Source: Verrucomicrobiaceae bacterium (GTDB lineage: Bacteria; Verrucomicrobiota; Verrucomicrobiia; Verrucomicrobiales; Akkermansiaceae). Taken from it: 64,000 bases of DNA. The translations under genes were made by a program, and so were the position numbers. Within the stretch, counting starts at the first letter, position 1; every line of letters starts with the position of its first letter. The notes beneath the pieces were generated by a model. That model did not search any database. It saw nothing but the letters and a program-made list of their open reading frames with translations, and was not told where the DNA came from. Below, one piece after another: positions 1-9,208 of the stretch. The stretch spans positions 64,001 to 128,000 of the forward strand of contig JBPOGH010000002.1 of assembly GCA_051252135.1 (NCBI GenBank), in the 5' to 3' direction.

Positions 1-146
1 TCGACCTTGTCGGGGGAGATATCGGTCAGGACGACGAGGCGTGGTTTGTCGGCTGCGGGGGCGATCCCCGTGAGAGAAAGGATTAAGGCGAGGCCGGGAA
101 TGAGGGTTCCGAATTTGAGAGGGGAGAGTGAGCGTTTTTTGTTCAT
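1..146 (-). CDS. Partial (5' end only) secreted DUF1593 / nucleoside hydrolase-like protein
   Basis: Not in the ORF track. My translation from ATG at 146 is MNKKRSLSPLKFGTLIPGLALILSLTGIAPAADKPRLVVLTDISPDKV: a signal peptide followed by the PRLVVLTDI motif typical of DUF1593 N-termini. Runs off the window edge; divergent from the AraC gene. Confidence 0.7.
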   Translation of the reverse strand, partial: MNKKRSLSPLKFGTLIPGLALILSLTGIAPAADKPRLVVLTDISPDKV

Positions 147-270
147 GCGAAATGTTGGGTTTGGGGAGATTGCGGGGAGGGAAGGTTATGTCCGTAGAGT
201 TGGAACCCTATCGGGATGCCGGGCGAATATCATCTTGTTCTGGGGCTGAAAATTCCTGTATCCTAAGATT

Positions 271-1131
271 GTGCAGCGTTTTGATCACGACCGTTTTGAC
301 TTTCAGCCCTACGGTTTCACCTGCGAGCTGTGGACGGCGGCGCCGATGCGGCGTCCGGATCGGCACAATGAGATTGAATTGAACCTGCTGAAGAGCGGGA
401 CGCTGACGTATCTTTTTGGTGGCAAACGGGTCTCGACGCCATCAGGTGGGCTGTGTGCCTTTTGGGCGGCCGCGCCCCATCAGATCATCGATTCCTCGGG
501 TGATCCGGAGTACTATGTTGTGACCCTGCCGCTGGCGTGGTTTTTGCAATGTCGCCTGCCCAAGAAGTTCGTTGACCGACTCTTGCACGGCGAATTTCTG
601 AGCGAGTCAACGGTGGACCGGCTCTCTTTGGATCTGCAACTTTTTCAAACATGGATCGGCGATCTTGCGGGGATTGAGGGTCAACCGAAGTCCGCGATTC
701 AGCTTGAGATTCAGGCCCGCCTGGAGCGGTTTGCCGATTCAATTCCCGAGGGAGATCCGGATGAGATTTTTCCCGGATCGGCGGTGTTTCCGGGCGGGGG
801 CGGGCTTGGGAAGGCAGAGCGATTGGCGGCCTACATTGCGCAACATTATCAGGAGACGATCCCGATTGAGAAAATTGCAGGAGAGGTGGATCTCCATCCC
901 AATTACGCGATGGGCCTTTTCAAGAAAACGTTCAACCTCACGATCAACGAGTATCTTACCCAGCTGCGGCTTTCCCATGCCCAGCGGCTCCTTGCGACGA
1001 CGGATGACAAGGTCATCGATATCGCGTTGGATGCGGGGTATCAGACCTTGAGTCGATTTTATGTGGCCTTTGACAAGTCCTGCGGTTGTTCGCCGGGGAA
1101 TTACCGACGGGAGCACCGGATGAGGCTTTGA
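271..1131 (+). CDS. AraC-family transcriptional regulator (MelR-like)
   Basis: N-terminal cupin region (RPDRHNEIELN, FWAAAPHQ) and C-terminal double HTH (LHPNYAMGLFKK...IALDAGY..LSRFY..F). Confidence 0.9.
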   Translation: MQRFDHDRFDFQPYGFTCELWTAAPMRRPDRHNEIELNLLKSGTLTYLFGGKRVSTPSGGLCAFWAAAPHQIIDSSGDPEYYVVTLPLAWFLQCRLPKKFVDRLLHGEFLSESTVDRLSLDLQLFQTWIGDLAGIEGQPKSAIQLEIQARLERFADSIPEGDPDEIFPGSAVFPGGGGLGKAERLAAYIAQHYQETIPIEKIAGEVDLHPNYAMGLFKKTFNLTINEYLTQLRLSHAQRLLATTDDKVIDIALDAGYQTLSRFYVAFDKSCGCSPGNYRREHRMRL

Positions 1132-1411
1132 TGGATCCCATGGGGTGGATTCGATTGGGGTTGGGGCAGGGAAGGGAGCTGAGCGGGAACCTTTTTTGCG
1201 GGGGATGAATGACGGGTGAACAGGAAGGGGGAGGAGTTTGATCCGGCGTTCTTTAAGGATCATGGTCTGGGGAGTTGCATCTGTACGTTTCCAGACATAA
1301 TTTGCGGCGTGGAGGACGGGCTTTCTGTGTGAAGCAAGGCAACGATGGGATCGTCACGATGAGGATCCTGCGACCGACTTTTTCACGGACCCCCCATTTT
1401 CAATCAACGCG

Positions 1412-3442
1412 ATGTTTTCCGATCAGTTCAAACGGCGGTGGCTTTCGGGCTTGCTCACGATCTTTATTGTTTCGAGCGGTTCTGCCCATGAGGTGATCTT
1501 GACGGGCTGGCATGATTTTTCCGCGGGCTACCAATTTTACCGGTATTCGGGATCGCCGAAGGGGTCTGATGCGGGGCTGACCGGGGTGACGGGGAATTTG
1601 TGGGGAGGGAATGGGGCGCGGGAAACCTGGGGGTCGACCGATGGAACCTACGGTCCGGAGGTGGAGGTGGGGGATGATGCGACGGATGGGGCGATGGCGC
1701 TGAGGACGGATCGGGATTTCCTCGATTTCACGGTGATCAATGGCACGGGAGGCAGTCTTCAGTTGAGCCGGGTGCTTTTTGATTTTGCGAGTGTGAACGG
1801 GAACTCGCCGAGAAATCTCAAGCTCTTTTACCTCAACGGGGGTCTCAGTATTCCTGATAGCACCTTGATTGAGTCGTGGACCGGAATCCACAACGGGCTG
1901 CCGATCATTTCCGATTATGAGGATGTCGAAGTGAGTCTGGAGGGTCTTGCCGACCGGGTGTTGGCTTCCGGGGAGACGGCGAAGTTTCGCTTTCAGGTGG
2001 ATACGGCGTCGAATCAATTCCAGGCCATGCTGATGGACAACATTGCGGTGATGGGATCCTCCGACGAGTTCCGTATTCTGACCTACAACATCCACGGTGG
2101 AGTGGGCCCTGATGATGAGGGGGACCTTGAGACCAATTTGAAGACCTTTCAGGAGACCATGATGACCGGAGAAGATGTGCTTTGCTTGCAAGAAGTGGGT
2201 GCGGGCGGGGCGAGCAATGTGACGGCGGACTGGGCAACGGTGCAGGCGGTGTTTGCAGATTATCCCTACACCTATCAGACGAAGAACACGACAACGGCTC
2301 CCATCTGGCCGTGGGAGACGCGCCTGCAAACCTCGATTGCGATCTTGTCGAAACATCCCTTCGAGAGCACGCACAGCTCACTGATTCAAACCGATCCGCA
2401 GGGGGACCGGTGGGAACGTCATGCCCAGCATGTGCAGATCAAGGTGGGTGAAGAAGTGGTCGACGTTTTCAACTTTCACAACACCTACAACTTTTTCGAG
2501 AACGATTACGAATCCGAGAAATCGGGGCTGAGCAAATTCAAAACCTACGTGTTGGGTCGGCTTGGGGTGGCTACGATGGGCGATGCGAAACGGTTGTTGA
2601 TGCTGGGGGATTTCAATGTGCTTCAGGGGAATGTGGACGCGATTTTGGGTGCGCCCTCCCGGCGGAGCAACGGGCTGGACCATGTCGCCAGCACCCCGGT
2701 CTTCAGCGGGACGGGAGTCTATGGAACGGCAGCGGCGGATTTGTCCGATCATAATGCGGTGTGGGTTTCCCTCGATCTTGAGGCGCCTGATCCAAACGGG
2801 ATGACCTGGGGATCCGTGCCGGTTGAGTCGGGTCAAAGCTCCATCACGATGACTGCGAGCACGGGGGCGGATCCGAACGGGGTGGAATACTATTTTTCCA
2901 ACATCGGTTTTCCCGATCAATCGCACGACAGCGGTTGGCAGGACAGCCCCGTCTTTATCGACACCGGACTCTCAACAGCCACGGAATACACCTACACCGT
3001 GGTGGCGAGGGACAAGTCGGCCAACGGCAATGAAACCCTCGTTTCCGCGGAGGCTTCCGCTTACACGGACGATGGTGACAGCCTCCCCAACGACTGGGAG
3101 TTGGCTTATTTTGCGAGCCTCAACGAAACCAGCGGCAGTGCAGGAGAAGACTGGGATGAGGATGGCAACAGTGATTATGATGAATGGATCGCGGGCACCG
3201 ATCCCAGCGATTCGACGTCGCGCTTTCGGGCGTGGATCGAAACGGATGCCGAGAACGGGACGACCTTTTTCAAGTGGACGTCTGTGCCGGGCCGGAGCTA
3301 TCGCGTGCTTTCCTCCGGCGGGATGAACAATGACTGGGTCGAGATCGCGTCCGGGATCGTGCCGGCCGGGAGCGAGGGGAGTTTTGAGATCGAGACCTCC
3401 GGGGGAAGTCGGAGATTTTTCCGAGTTGGGGTTTCCCGGTAG
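1412..3442 (+). CDS. Secreted endonuclease/exonuclease/phosphatase (EEP) domain protein with Fn3-like and C-terminal Verrucomicrobial tail domains
   Basis: Signal peptide; EEP motifs TYNIH, LQEV, GDFN, SDH; Fn3-like DTGLSTATEYTYTVVARD; Asp-rich DWDEDG repeat and W.SVPGRSY...RRFFRV tail. Confidence 0.8.
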   Translation: MFSDQFKRRWLSGLLTIFIVSSGSAHEVILTGWHDFSAGYQFYRYSGSPKGSDAGLTGVTGNLWGGNGARETWGSTDGTYGPEVEVGDDATDGAMALRTDRDFLDFTVINGTGGSLQLSRVLFDFASVNGNSPRNLKLFYLNGGLSIPDSTLIESWTGIHNGLPIISDYEDVEVSLEGLADRVLASGETAKFRFQVDTASNQFQAMLMDNIAVMGSSDEFRILTYNIHGGVGPDDEGDLETNLKTFQETMMTGEDVLCLQEVGAGGASNVTADWATVQAVFADYPYTYQTKNTTTAPIWPWETRLQTSIAILSKHPFESTHSSLIQTDPQGDRWERHAQHVQIKVGEEVVDVFNFHNTYNFFENDYESEKSGLSKFKTYVLGRLGVATMGDAKRLLMLGDFNVLQGNVDAILGAPSRRSNGLDHVASTPVFSGTGVYGTAAADLSDHNAVWVSLDLEAPDPNGMTWGSVPVESGQSSITMTASTGADPNGVEYYFSNIGFPDQSHDSGWQDSPVFIDTGLSTATEYTYTVVARDKSANGNETLVSAEASAYTDDGDSLPNDWELAYFASLNETSGSAGEDWDEDGNSDYDEWIAGTDPSDSTSRFRAWIETDAENGTTFFKWTSVPGRSYRVLSSGGMNNDWVEIASGIVPAGSEGSFEIETSGGSRRFFRVGVSR

Positions 3443-3480
3443 CGCAGGGATGATGCGGCGGGGGGGGATCCGGCATTGTG

Positions 3481-4281
3481 CTATCTCGTGTAAACGACTT
3501 TTCCGACGAGGGCGATCAGGGGGACGGGGCCGAGGTGGCGGCTGTCCCGGGAGTTGGCGCGGTTGTCTCCGAGGAGGTAGCAGTGGTGTTCGGGGATGGT
3601 GAATGGTGCGAGGTTGGCCTGATCCGGGGTGACGGAAGGGACTTCCTGAAGGGGTTCGCCATTGAGGAGGACGGTGCCGTTTTTGATTTCGAGGGTGTCT
3701 CCGGGGAGGCCGATGACCCGTTTGACCCAGGTTTGGCGACGGTTGGTGGGATTGAGGAATGCGACGAGATCGTTGCGGGAGGGTTCGTGGTCGCGGTAGC
3801 TGTCTTTGCGGACGAGGATTCGTGATCCGTCGTGGAGGGTGGGGCTCATGGAGCTTCCTGCCATTTTAAAGACGTGGAGGAAATTCTCGCGCACGGTGAA
3901 GGCGAGGCCGACGGCGAGGGACATCATGAGGAAGGTGAGGGCGAGGTAGACGGAGAGGCGGTTGTAGTCCTTGAGGCGGTAGTCCTCCCGGCTGGCGAGA
4001 GCCATGCGGCGGGCGTCCCAGGCGGAATAGATCATGGGGATGAGGGAGAGAACGGTGACCGTGATGAGGAGGGTCAGCGGTGGCGCGGACTTGGTGGCGA
4101 GGAAGACAATGGCGACGACGAGGATGGCGGCGAGGACGGAGAGATGGAGGAGGCCGCGCCGCATGGCTCCGCAGTAGACCTGGCCGAGGCCCGGTAAGAA
4201 GAGGGAGAGGTTGACGGCGGTGGAGGGCTTCCGTTTGCTGACGGGGCCGAGGTCGAGATCGGGGGATGGATTGGAGTTCAT
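3481..4281 (-). CDS. lepB: Signal peptidase I (S26) with extra N-terminal multi-TM domain
   Basis: GSSMSPTL (catalytic Ser), WVKRVIGLPGD (Lys), LGDNRANSRDSR; N-terminal LFLPGLGQVY membrane segment. Start moved to ATG 4281 to avoid overlap. May be a paralog rather than the main lepB. Confidence 0.85.
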   Translation of the reverse strand: MNSNPSPDLDLGPVSKRKPSTAVNLSLFLPGLGQVYCGAMRRGLLHLSVLAAILVVAIVFLATKSAPPLTLLITVTVLSLIPMIYSAWDARRMALASREDYRLKDYNRLSVYLALTFLMMSLAVGLAFTVRENFLHVFKMAGSSMSPTLHDGSRILVRKDSYRDHEPSRNDLVAFLNPTNRRQTWVKRVIGLPGDTLEIKNGTVLLNGEPLQEVPSVTPDQANLAPFTIPEHHCYLLGDNRANSRDSRHLGPVPLIALVGKVVYTR

Positions 4282-4286
4282 GATTT

Positions 4287-4505
4287 TTAGAATGCGAGGT
4301 GGAGGATGAGGCTGATCTTGCCGATTCCGGCGAGGAGACAAGCGGAGGCGAGAAGCGGGGAGGGAGGTTTGAGTTCGGGGGGCGCCTGGGGAAGGGGTTG
4401 GGCTTCGGACCGGATCGCGGCCATGACACCCCGGGAGAGATGTGCCGGGGGGGATTGTTTGCGCGCAGCGATCCAGGATTCGAGTTCTTGTTCGGAGGTG
4501 GGCAT
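4287..4505 (-). CDS. Small membrane-anchored protein, possible anti-sigma factor
   Basis: 72 aa, C-terminal hydrophobic helix, starts 3 nt after the ECF sigma stop. Confidence 0.55.
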   Translation of the reverse strand: MPTSEQELESWIAARKQSPPAHLSRGVMAAIRSEAQPLPQAPPELKPPSPLLASACLLAGIGKISLILHLAF

Positions 4506-4508
4506 GGT

Positions 4509-5036
4509 TCAGGTGCGGTTGAGGGTTGCTTTGAGAGATTCGCGGGCGCGGCTGACGCGGGATTTGATGGTGCCGACGGTGGTGGATTCGATTTGGGCGG
4601 CTTCGGCGTAAGAGAGGTCTTCGAGGGCGATGAGGGTGAGGGCGCGTTTTTGTTTTTCGGGGAGTTGGTGGAGGGCGAGATCGAGGGCCTCGAGGTCGTC
4701 CCGTTGTCCGGGGGCCGGTTCCCGGGTTTCTCTTTCCGGGAGTTGGGCCAGAAGGGTGGGACGCTTTTTCCGGAGGAGATTGATGGTGCGGCTGCGGGCG
4801 ATCATGAAGAGCCAGGTGGAGAAGCGGCTGCGTGCGGGATCGAAGTCTTTCAGGCGCCGGAAGGCCTCGACGAAGACGGTTTGGGCGAGGTCTTCGGCAA
4901 GGCGGCGTTCGTCATTTAGGAGCGTGGCAATCATGCGGAGGAGGCGGTCCTGGTAGTGAAGGACGAGGTGCTCAAAGGCCTCGATCTCGCCATCGACGAC
5001 GTGTCGGATTACCTGGAGTTCCTCGTTTTCAGTCAT
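4509..5036 (-). CDS. ECF-type RNA polymerase sigma-70 factor
   Basis: AEDLAQ..F, FSTWLF.IAR (region 2); LSYAEAA...GTIKSRVSRAR (region 4). Confidence 0.93.
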   Translation of the reverse strand: MTENEELQVIRHVVDGEIEAFEHLVLHYQDRLLRMIATLLNDERRLAEDLAQTVFVEAFRRLKDFDPARSRFSTWLFMIARSRTINLLRKKRPTLLAQLPERETREPAPGQRDDLEALDLALHQLPEKQKRALTLIALEDLSYAEAAQIESTTVGTIKSRVSRARESLKATLNRT

Positions 5037-5052
5037 TCAGTGTTCCCTCATG

Positions 5053-5078
5053 ATACCGGCACCGGGGACAATGGTTCC
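5053..5078 (-). promoter_or_regulatory. Possible autoregulated ECF promoter (GGAAC-N17-GTAT)
   Basis: Minus strand GGAAC (5078-5074), 17-nt spacer, GTAT (5056-5053) just upstream of the sigma ATG; resembles common ECF -35/-10 elements. A short motif that could be chance. Confidence 0.3.
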
Positions 5079-5223
5079 ATTTTATTTCCCGAGCGAACGT
5101 TTCGGCAGGGCGAGGAAATCGGCGACGAGGGTCGGGGCGGTCGGAGGACGGAGGAGGAAAACTGGATGGTCGACAAAGGGCGGGAAGGGCCCCAAGCTTG
5201 TGAAATTAACTCAAAAAAACAGA

Positions 5224-6594
5224 ATGATGAACTACCCAAGAATTCGAGCACTGGTGGCCGGCGCAGGATGCGCCAGTATGATCGCCGGGGTTGCTCTCGT
5301 GGGAGCGGAGGAGGCCGTCCCGGCAGCGAACCCGAAGGTTCAGCCCGAGGTGGCGATGACGGTGCACGAGTGGGGAACCTTTACGGTGCTTCAGGGTTCC
5401 GACGGTGGTCCGGTTGAGTGGTATCAGGCGCCGAAGGACGTCGTCGATCTGCCGGCCTTTGTCCGTAAAGCGGGAGCGCTGAGTAAATCCGGCCCCTTGA
5501 TTGGGCGCGATCTCGTGCGGATGGAGACGCCGGTGCTTTATTTTTATCCGGAGGGTGACCAGGCGATCGAGATCACGGTGAGTGCCTCTCTCAAAGATGG
5601 CCGTATTACCGAGATTTTTCCACCGGCGTATCTTTCGAGTCCGAAAAAGACCGTGTGGCAGGGGACCTTGTTTCCGCCCGACTCGCCCGAGCTGAAAAAA
5701 GTCCCGGCGGCGGACGGTCCGCGTGGTCGTCACTACGCCGCTGCTCGAGCTGTTCCCGATGCCTGGTTGTTTCAGGGCAAGGAGCATCCCATGGCTCTTG
5801 AAATGTATGAAATCATGAGAAAGGTCGATCCGAAGCACCACCTGTTGCCCGCCGTCGCGCCGATCGATCACTTCATTTTTTATCGGGGAGCCGGCAATCC
5901 CAAGCGCTTTGGGATTTCTGTGCGACAGGATCTCAAGGAGCCGAACAAGTATATTATCCACAATGCCGATCAAGCGACGGTTCCGAAGCTCTTTGCACTG
6001 CGGGTTCGGGACGGCAAAAGCTCGTGGTTTGCGTTGAGTGATCTTGCGACTGCGAAATACGACCGGGCGGCGAAGGGCATGGTGAATACGCAAAGCGTCA
6101 TTTTTCCGGAACCGGAGCAAGCGGTCTCCGAGGTGGCCGGAGAGCTCCGCGTCGCGATGATCGCGACCTTGATCGACGAAGGTCTGACTCCGGACGAGGC
6201 GGCTGCGATGGTGGCAACCTGGGACGACCTTTGGTTCACCGAGCCGGGCACGCGGGTGCTGGCGGTCCTGCCACAGAGTGTTGCCGACGCGATGGTGCCG
6301 CTGGAGATAGAGCCGAAGCCGAGTAAGATTGAGCGCGTTTTCGTGGCGAGGCTCGAGCTGATTTCCCGGGCGAAGGAAGCCCGGCTTGTGGAGCTGCTCA
6401 ATCAACCTGACGCCCTTGCCAATGACCTTGCTGCGGATGCGAAGCAGCTCGTGGATATTGAACTCGGCCGGTATTCTTCCGGAGGGATGGAGCGCGCGAT
6501 GGAACTGGTGAACGACGAGATGCGCCGAAGGTTCCACGCCCTTGACGAGGCGAAGCCGGACCAAGAAGCCACGAAGGTGACTTTGGCGCGATAG
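5224..6594 (+). CDS. Secreted conserved hypothetical protein (VHEWGTFT / METPVLYFY type)
   Basis: Signal peptide after ATG 5224; motifs VHEWGTFT, RMETPVLYFY, FYRG.G, GLTPDEAAAMVATW. Divergent from the ECF sigma. Confidence 0.75.
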   Translation: MMNYPRIRALVAGAGCASMIAGVALVGAEEAVPAANPKVQPEVAMTVHEWGTFTVLQGSDGGPVEWYQAPKDVVDLPAFVRKAGALSKSGPLIGRDLVRMETPVLYFYPEGDQAIEITVSASLKDGRITEIFPPAYLSSPKKTVWQGTLFPPDSPELKKVPAADGPRGRHYAAARAVPDAWLFQGKEHPMALEMYEIMRKVDPKHHLLPAVAPIDHFIFYRGAGNPKRFGISVRQDLKEPNKYIIHNADQATVPKLFALRVRDGKSSWFALSDLATAKYDRAAKGMVNTQSVIFPEPEQAVSEVAGELRVAMIATLIDEGLTPDEAAAMVATWDDLWFTEPGTRVLAVLPQSVADAMVPLEIEPKPSKIERVFVARLELISRAKEARLVELLNQPDALANDLAADAKQLVDIELGRYSSGGMERAMELVNDEMRRRFHALDEAKPDQEATKVTLAR

Positions 6595-6703
6595 AGCGGG
6601 GGCATGCCGAACTTTCGACGACGGGTTCCTTTGATGGATGGGACCGCTTGTGTGCTGGCGGTGGGAGCCGGGTGAACGGATGCAGGGGTTGGTTCGGGGA
6701 TGC

Positions 6704-7408
6704 CTACTCTTTGGAATCCTTGGTCAGGGCGTCCCTGATGGCTTTGGCGACCTGGTTTGCGAGGAGCTGCGAGCCTTCGGGTTTGAAGTGCACATCGCCG
6801 GGTTTGACTGTGAGTTGGGGCATTTTTTCTGCCATGAGGTCGTGGAGGTCGTTGATTTGGATTTGGTGCTTCTTCATCACTTCGAGGGCGGCCCGGTTGT
6901 AGAGCAGGTCGTCTCCCGGCTTGCGCCCTGCTTCGCCATCGGGGACCGGGGTGGTGGTGGCGAAGATGAGAGTGGCTCCGGTTTTCCGGAGGCGCTGGAC
7001 GAGTTTTTCGAGATTGGCGGCGTAGTCCGGAACGCTGTGGGTCACTGTTCCGTTCACCTTGTCGCGCTTCCCTTGGACCTTCGATTCGGGGTGGCGGTAG
7101 CAGAGGTCATGCAGGCCCCAGTTGAAGTGAATGACATCCCACTTTGTCTTTCCGAGCCATTTGTCGATGTTCGCAAGTCCTTTGCCGGTGGGTCCGCCGT
7201 TGGTCGGGATGCGGTGGACGTTGGCGATGCCTTTTAGCTTTTCGCGGGTCGGCAAGGTGTAGCCGATGGAGATGGAATCGCCGATGAGGAGGACACGGGG
7301 GAGGGCGGGGTCGTCTTTGATGGGGGTCATGGGGCCGGCTTTTTTTTGGGCGAAGCCGGGCAAGCTGAGGAGGGCGAGGCAGAGAATGGTTTGAATGGCG
7401 GTCTTCAT
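6704..7408 (-). CDS. SGNH/GDSL hydrolase, secreted
   Basis: LLIGDSIS, HFNWGLHD, DVHF blocks; signal peptide. Confidence 0.9.
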   Translation of the reverse strand: MKTAIQTILCLALLSLPGFAQKKAGPMTPIKDDPALPRVLLIGDSISIGYTLPTREKLKGIANVHRIPTNGGPTGKGLANIDKWLGKTKWDVIHFNWGLHDLCYRHPESKVQGKRDKVNGTVTHSVPDYAANLEKLVQRLRKTGATLIFATTTPVPDGEAGRKPGDDLLYNRAALEVMKKHQIQINDLHDLMAEKMPQLTVKPGDVHFKPEGSQLLANQVAKAIRDALTKDSKE

Positions 7409-7505
7409 CTTGAAATTGTGTGCTTTGGGTGGGATCAGGTCAAACCCACTGAACCTTGATGATGCGGGTGGTTATGTGAGGAGCGAGATCGTTGGTTGTC
7501 CCGGC

Positions 7506-8498
7506 CTAGAGTTGGGTTCCTTCGAGCGGGGGTTGGCCATTGCCGAGGCGGCGGAGGTTTTCGCAGGTGGTTTGGGCGATCTGGGTGAGGGCCTCGGCGG
7601 TGAGGAAGGCCTGGTGGGAGGTGATGAGGACGTTGGGAAAGGTGAGGAGGCGGGTGAGGTCGTCATCGTGGAGGATTTCTCCGGAGAGGTCCTCGAAGAA
7701 GACGCCTTCCTCTTCTTCGTAGACGTCGAGGGCGACGCCGCGGAGGTGGCCGGATTTGAGGGCCTGGATGAGGGCCTTGGTGCTGATGAGCTTGCCGCGG
7801 CCGGTGTTGATGAGGGTGCTGCCTTTTTTCATGAGCGCGAGGGCGTCGGCATCGATGAGGTGGTGGGTATCGGGGGTGAGGGGGAGGTGGAGCGAGATGA
7901 CGTCGGATTTTTTCAAAAGCTCATCGACGGGGGTGGGTTGGATTTGGTGGGCGGCGGCCCAGTCTTGGTCGAGGTGGGGGTCGTAGGCGGTGACGTGGCA
8001 GCCGAAGCCGCGGAAGATTTCGGCGGTGATGCGCCCGATTTTTCCGCAGCCGATGATGCCGACGGTCTTGCCGTGGAGGTCGAACCCGACGAGTCCGGCG
8101 AGGGAGAAATTGTGATCGCGGACGCGGTGGTAGGCGCGGTGGATTTGGCGGTTGAGGGAGAGGAGGAGGGCGAGGGTGTGCTCGGCGACGGCGTGGGGCG
8201 AGTAGGCGGGGACGCGGGTGACGGTGAAGCCCAGTTCGCGGGCGGCATCGAGGTCGACGTTATTGAATCCGGCGCAGCGGAGGGTGAGGGTGCTGATGCC
8301 CTGTTCTTTCAGGGCGAGGAGGGTTTCGCGGTCGGCGAGGTCATTGACGAAGAGGCAGACGGCATGGCAGTCGTGCGCGAGGGGGGCGGTGCGGGCGGAG
8401 AGTCGTTCGGCAAAGAAGGAGAGGCTGAGGTCATCAGCTGCCCTTGAGAGGTATTCCCGATCATAGGATTTGGTATCAAAAATGGCGACTGAGATCAT
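7506..8498 (-). CDS. ldhA: D-2-hydroxyacid dehydrogenase (D-lactate dehydrogenase-like)
   Basis: LRCAGFNNVD, RVPAYSPHAVAEH, GIIGCGKIG, LDVYEEE, TSHQAFLT motifs. Confidence 0.88.
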   Translation of the reverse strand: MISVAIFDTKSYDREYLSRAADDLSLSFFAERLSARTAPLAHDCHAVCLFVNDLADRETLLALKEQGISTLTLRCAGFNNVDLDAARELGFTVTRVPAYSPHAVAEHTLALLLSLNRQIHRAYHRVRDHNFSLAGLVGFDLHGKTVGIIGCGKIGRITAEIFRGFGCHVTAYDPHLDQDWAAAHQIQPTPVDELLKKSDVISLHLPLTPDTHHLIDADALALMKKGSTLINTGRGKLISTKALIQALKSGHLRGVALDVYEEEEGVFFEDLSGEILHDDDLTRLLTFPNVLITSHQAFLTAEALTQIAQTTCENLRRLGNGQPPLEGTQL

Positions 8499-8632
8499 GG
8501 GGGGAGGGTATCGGGACGGGGGGGTGAATCCAGTCAGGAATCGCGGTGGGGCGGGTAGCGGGAGGGATTTGGTGGCGGGGCAGGGGGATTGATCACTTGA
8601 GTTTTGGGCGTAATTTGGGGATGCTGTTTTTT

Positions 8633-9151
8633 ATGAAGGCGATTTTGCTCTCCTGTGTTGCGTTGTTTTTGGCTGCTTGTGCGGGGTCCTCGGGGCCGCC
8701 GTCGCGGGAGGTGGGATGGCGGGCGCCGGGGCTGATGGCTCCGGATCAGGAGGGGAATCAGTTGAGTGTAAAGGCGCGGACGTCGGGTCCGTGGGCGGTG
8801 GTGTTCTTTTATCCGAAGGCGGATACACCGGGATGAATCAAGCAAGTGAAGTCGCTGCGGTCTGCATTTGCGACGTTGTCCCAACATCAAATCAAGGTCA
8901 CCGGCGTGTCGATGGATACGGTGGCGGAGCAGAAGGCGTTTTCTGACAAGTTCGCGTTACCGTTTCCGCTGTTGGCGGACACCTCCGGGGCGGTTTGTGA
9001 TGCCTTTGGGGTGAAGCATCCCGAGAGCAAGCCGGCGCGGGAGACTTTTCTTTTTCGGAATGGTCGGCTGGTGAACCACGATCGGGCGGTGAATCCGAGG
9101 TCGCAGGCGAATGATGTGCTGCGGAAGATTGAGGAATTGAGTGCGCAGTAG
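8633..9151 (+). CDS. Lipoprotein peroxiredoxin (BCP/PrxQ-like), predicted selenoprotein; TGA 8834-8836 read as Sec68
   Basis: Track ORFs 8546-8836 and 8846-9151 are in one frame: FFYPKADTPG-TGA-IKQVKSLR. The TGA occupies the peroxidatic Cys site of YPKxxTPGC. Lipobox LAAC; hairpin at 8851-8874. 172 aa if read through. Confidence 0.9.
8851..8874 (+). promoter_or_regulatory. Putative bacterial SECIS element
   Basis: GTCGC-TGC-GGTCT-GCA-TTT-GCGAC stem-loop; loop G is 23 nt after the TGA; apical TGCGGTCTGCA resembles E. coli fdhF TGCAGGTCTGCA. Confidence 0.75.
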
Positions 9152-9208
9152 AGGTCGACTCCAGACTTGCCATTTGTATGGCAGGATTCAGTCTATCGGC
9201 CTTTCGAT

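Noticed and set aside
4506..4511. ECF sigma TGA is in frame with the next ATG
   Set aside because: The sigma domain is complete, the next gene starts 3 nt later and no convincing hairpin follows; ordinary operon spacing.
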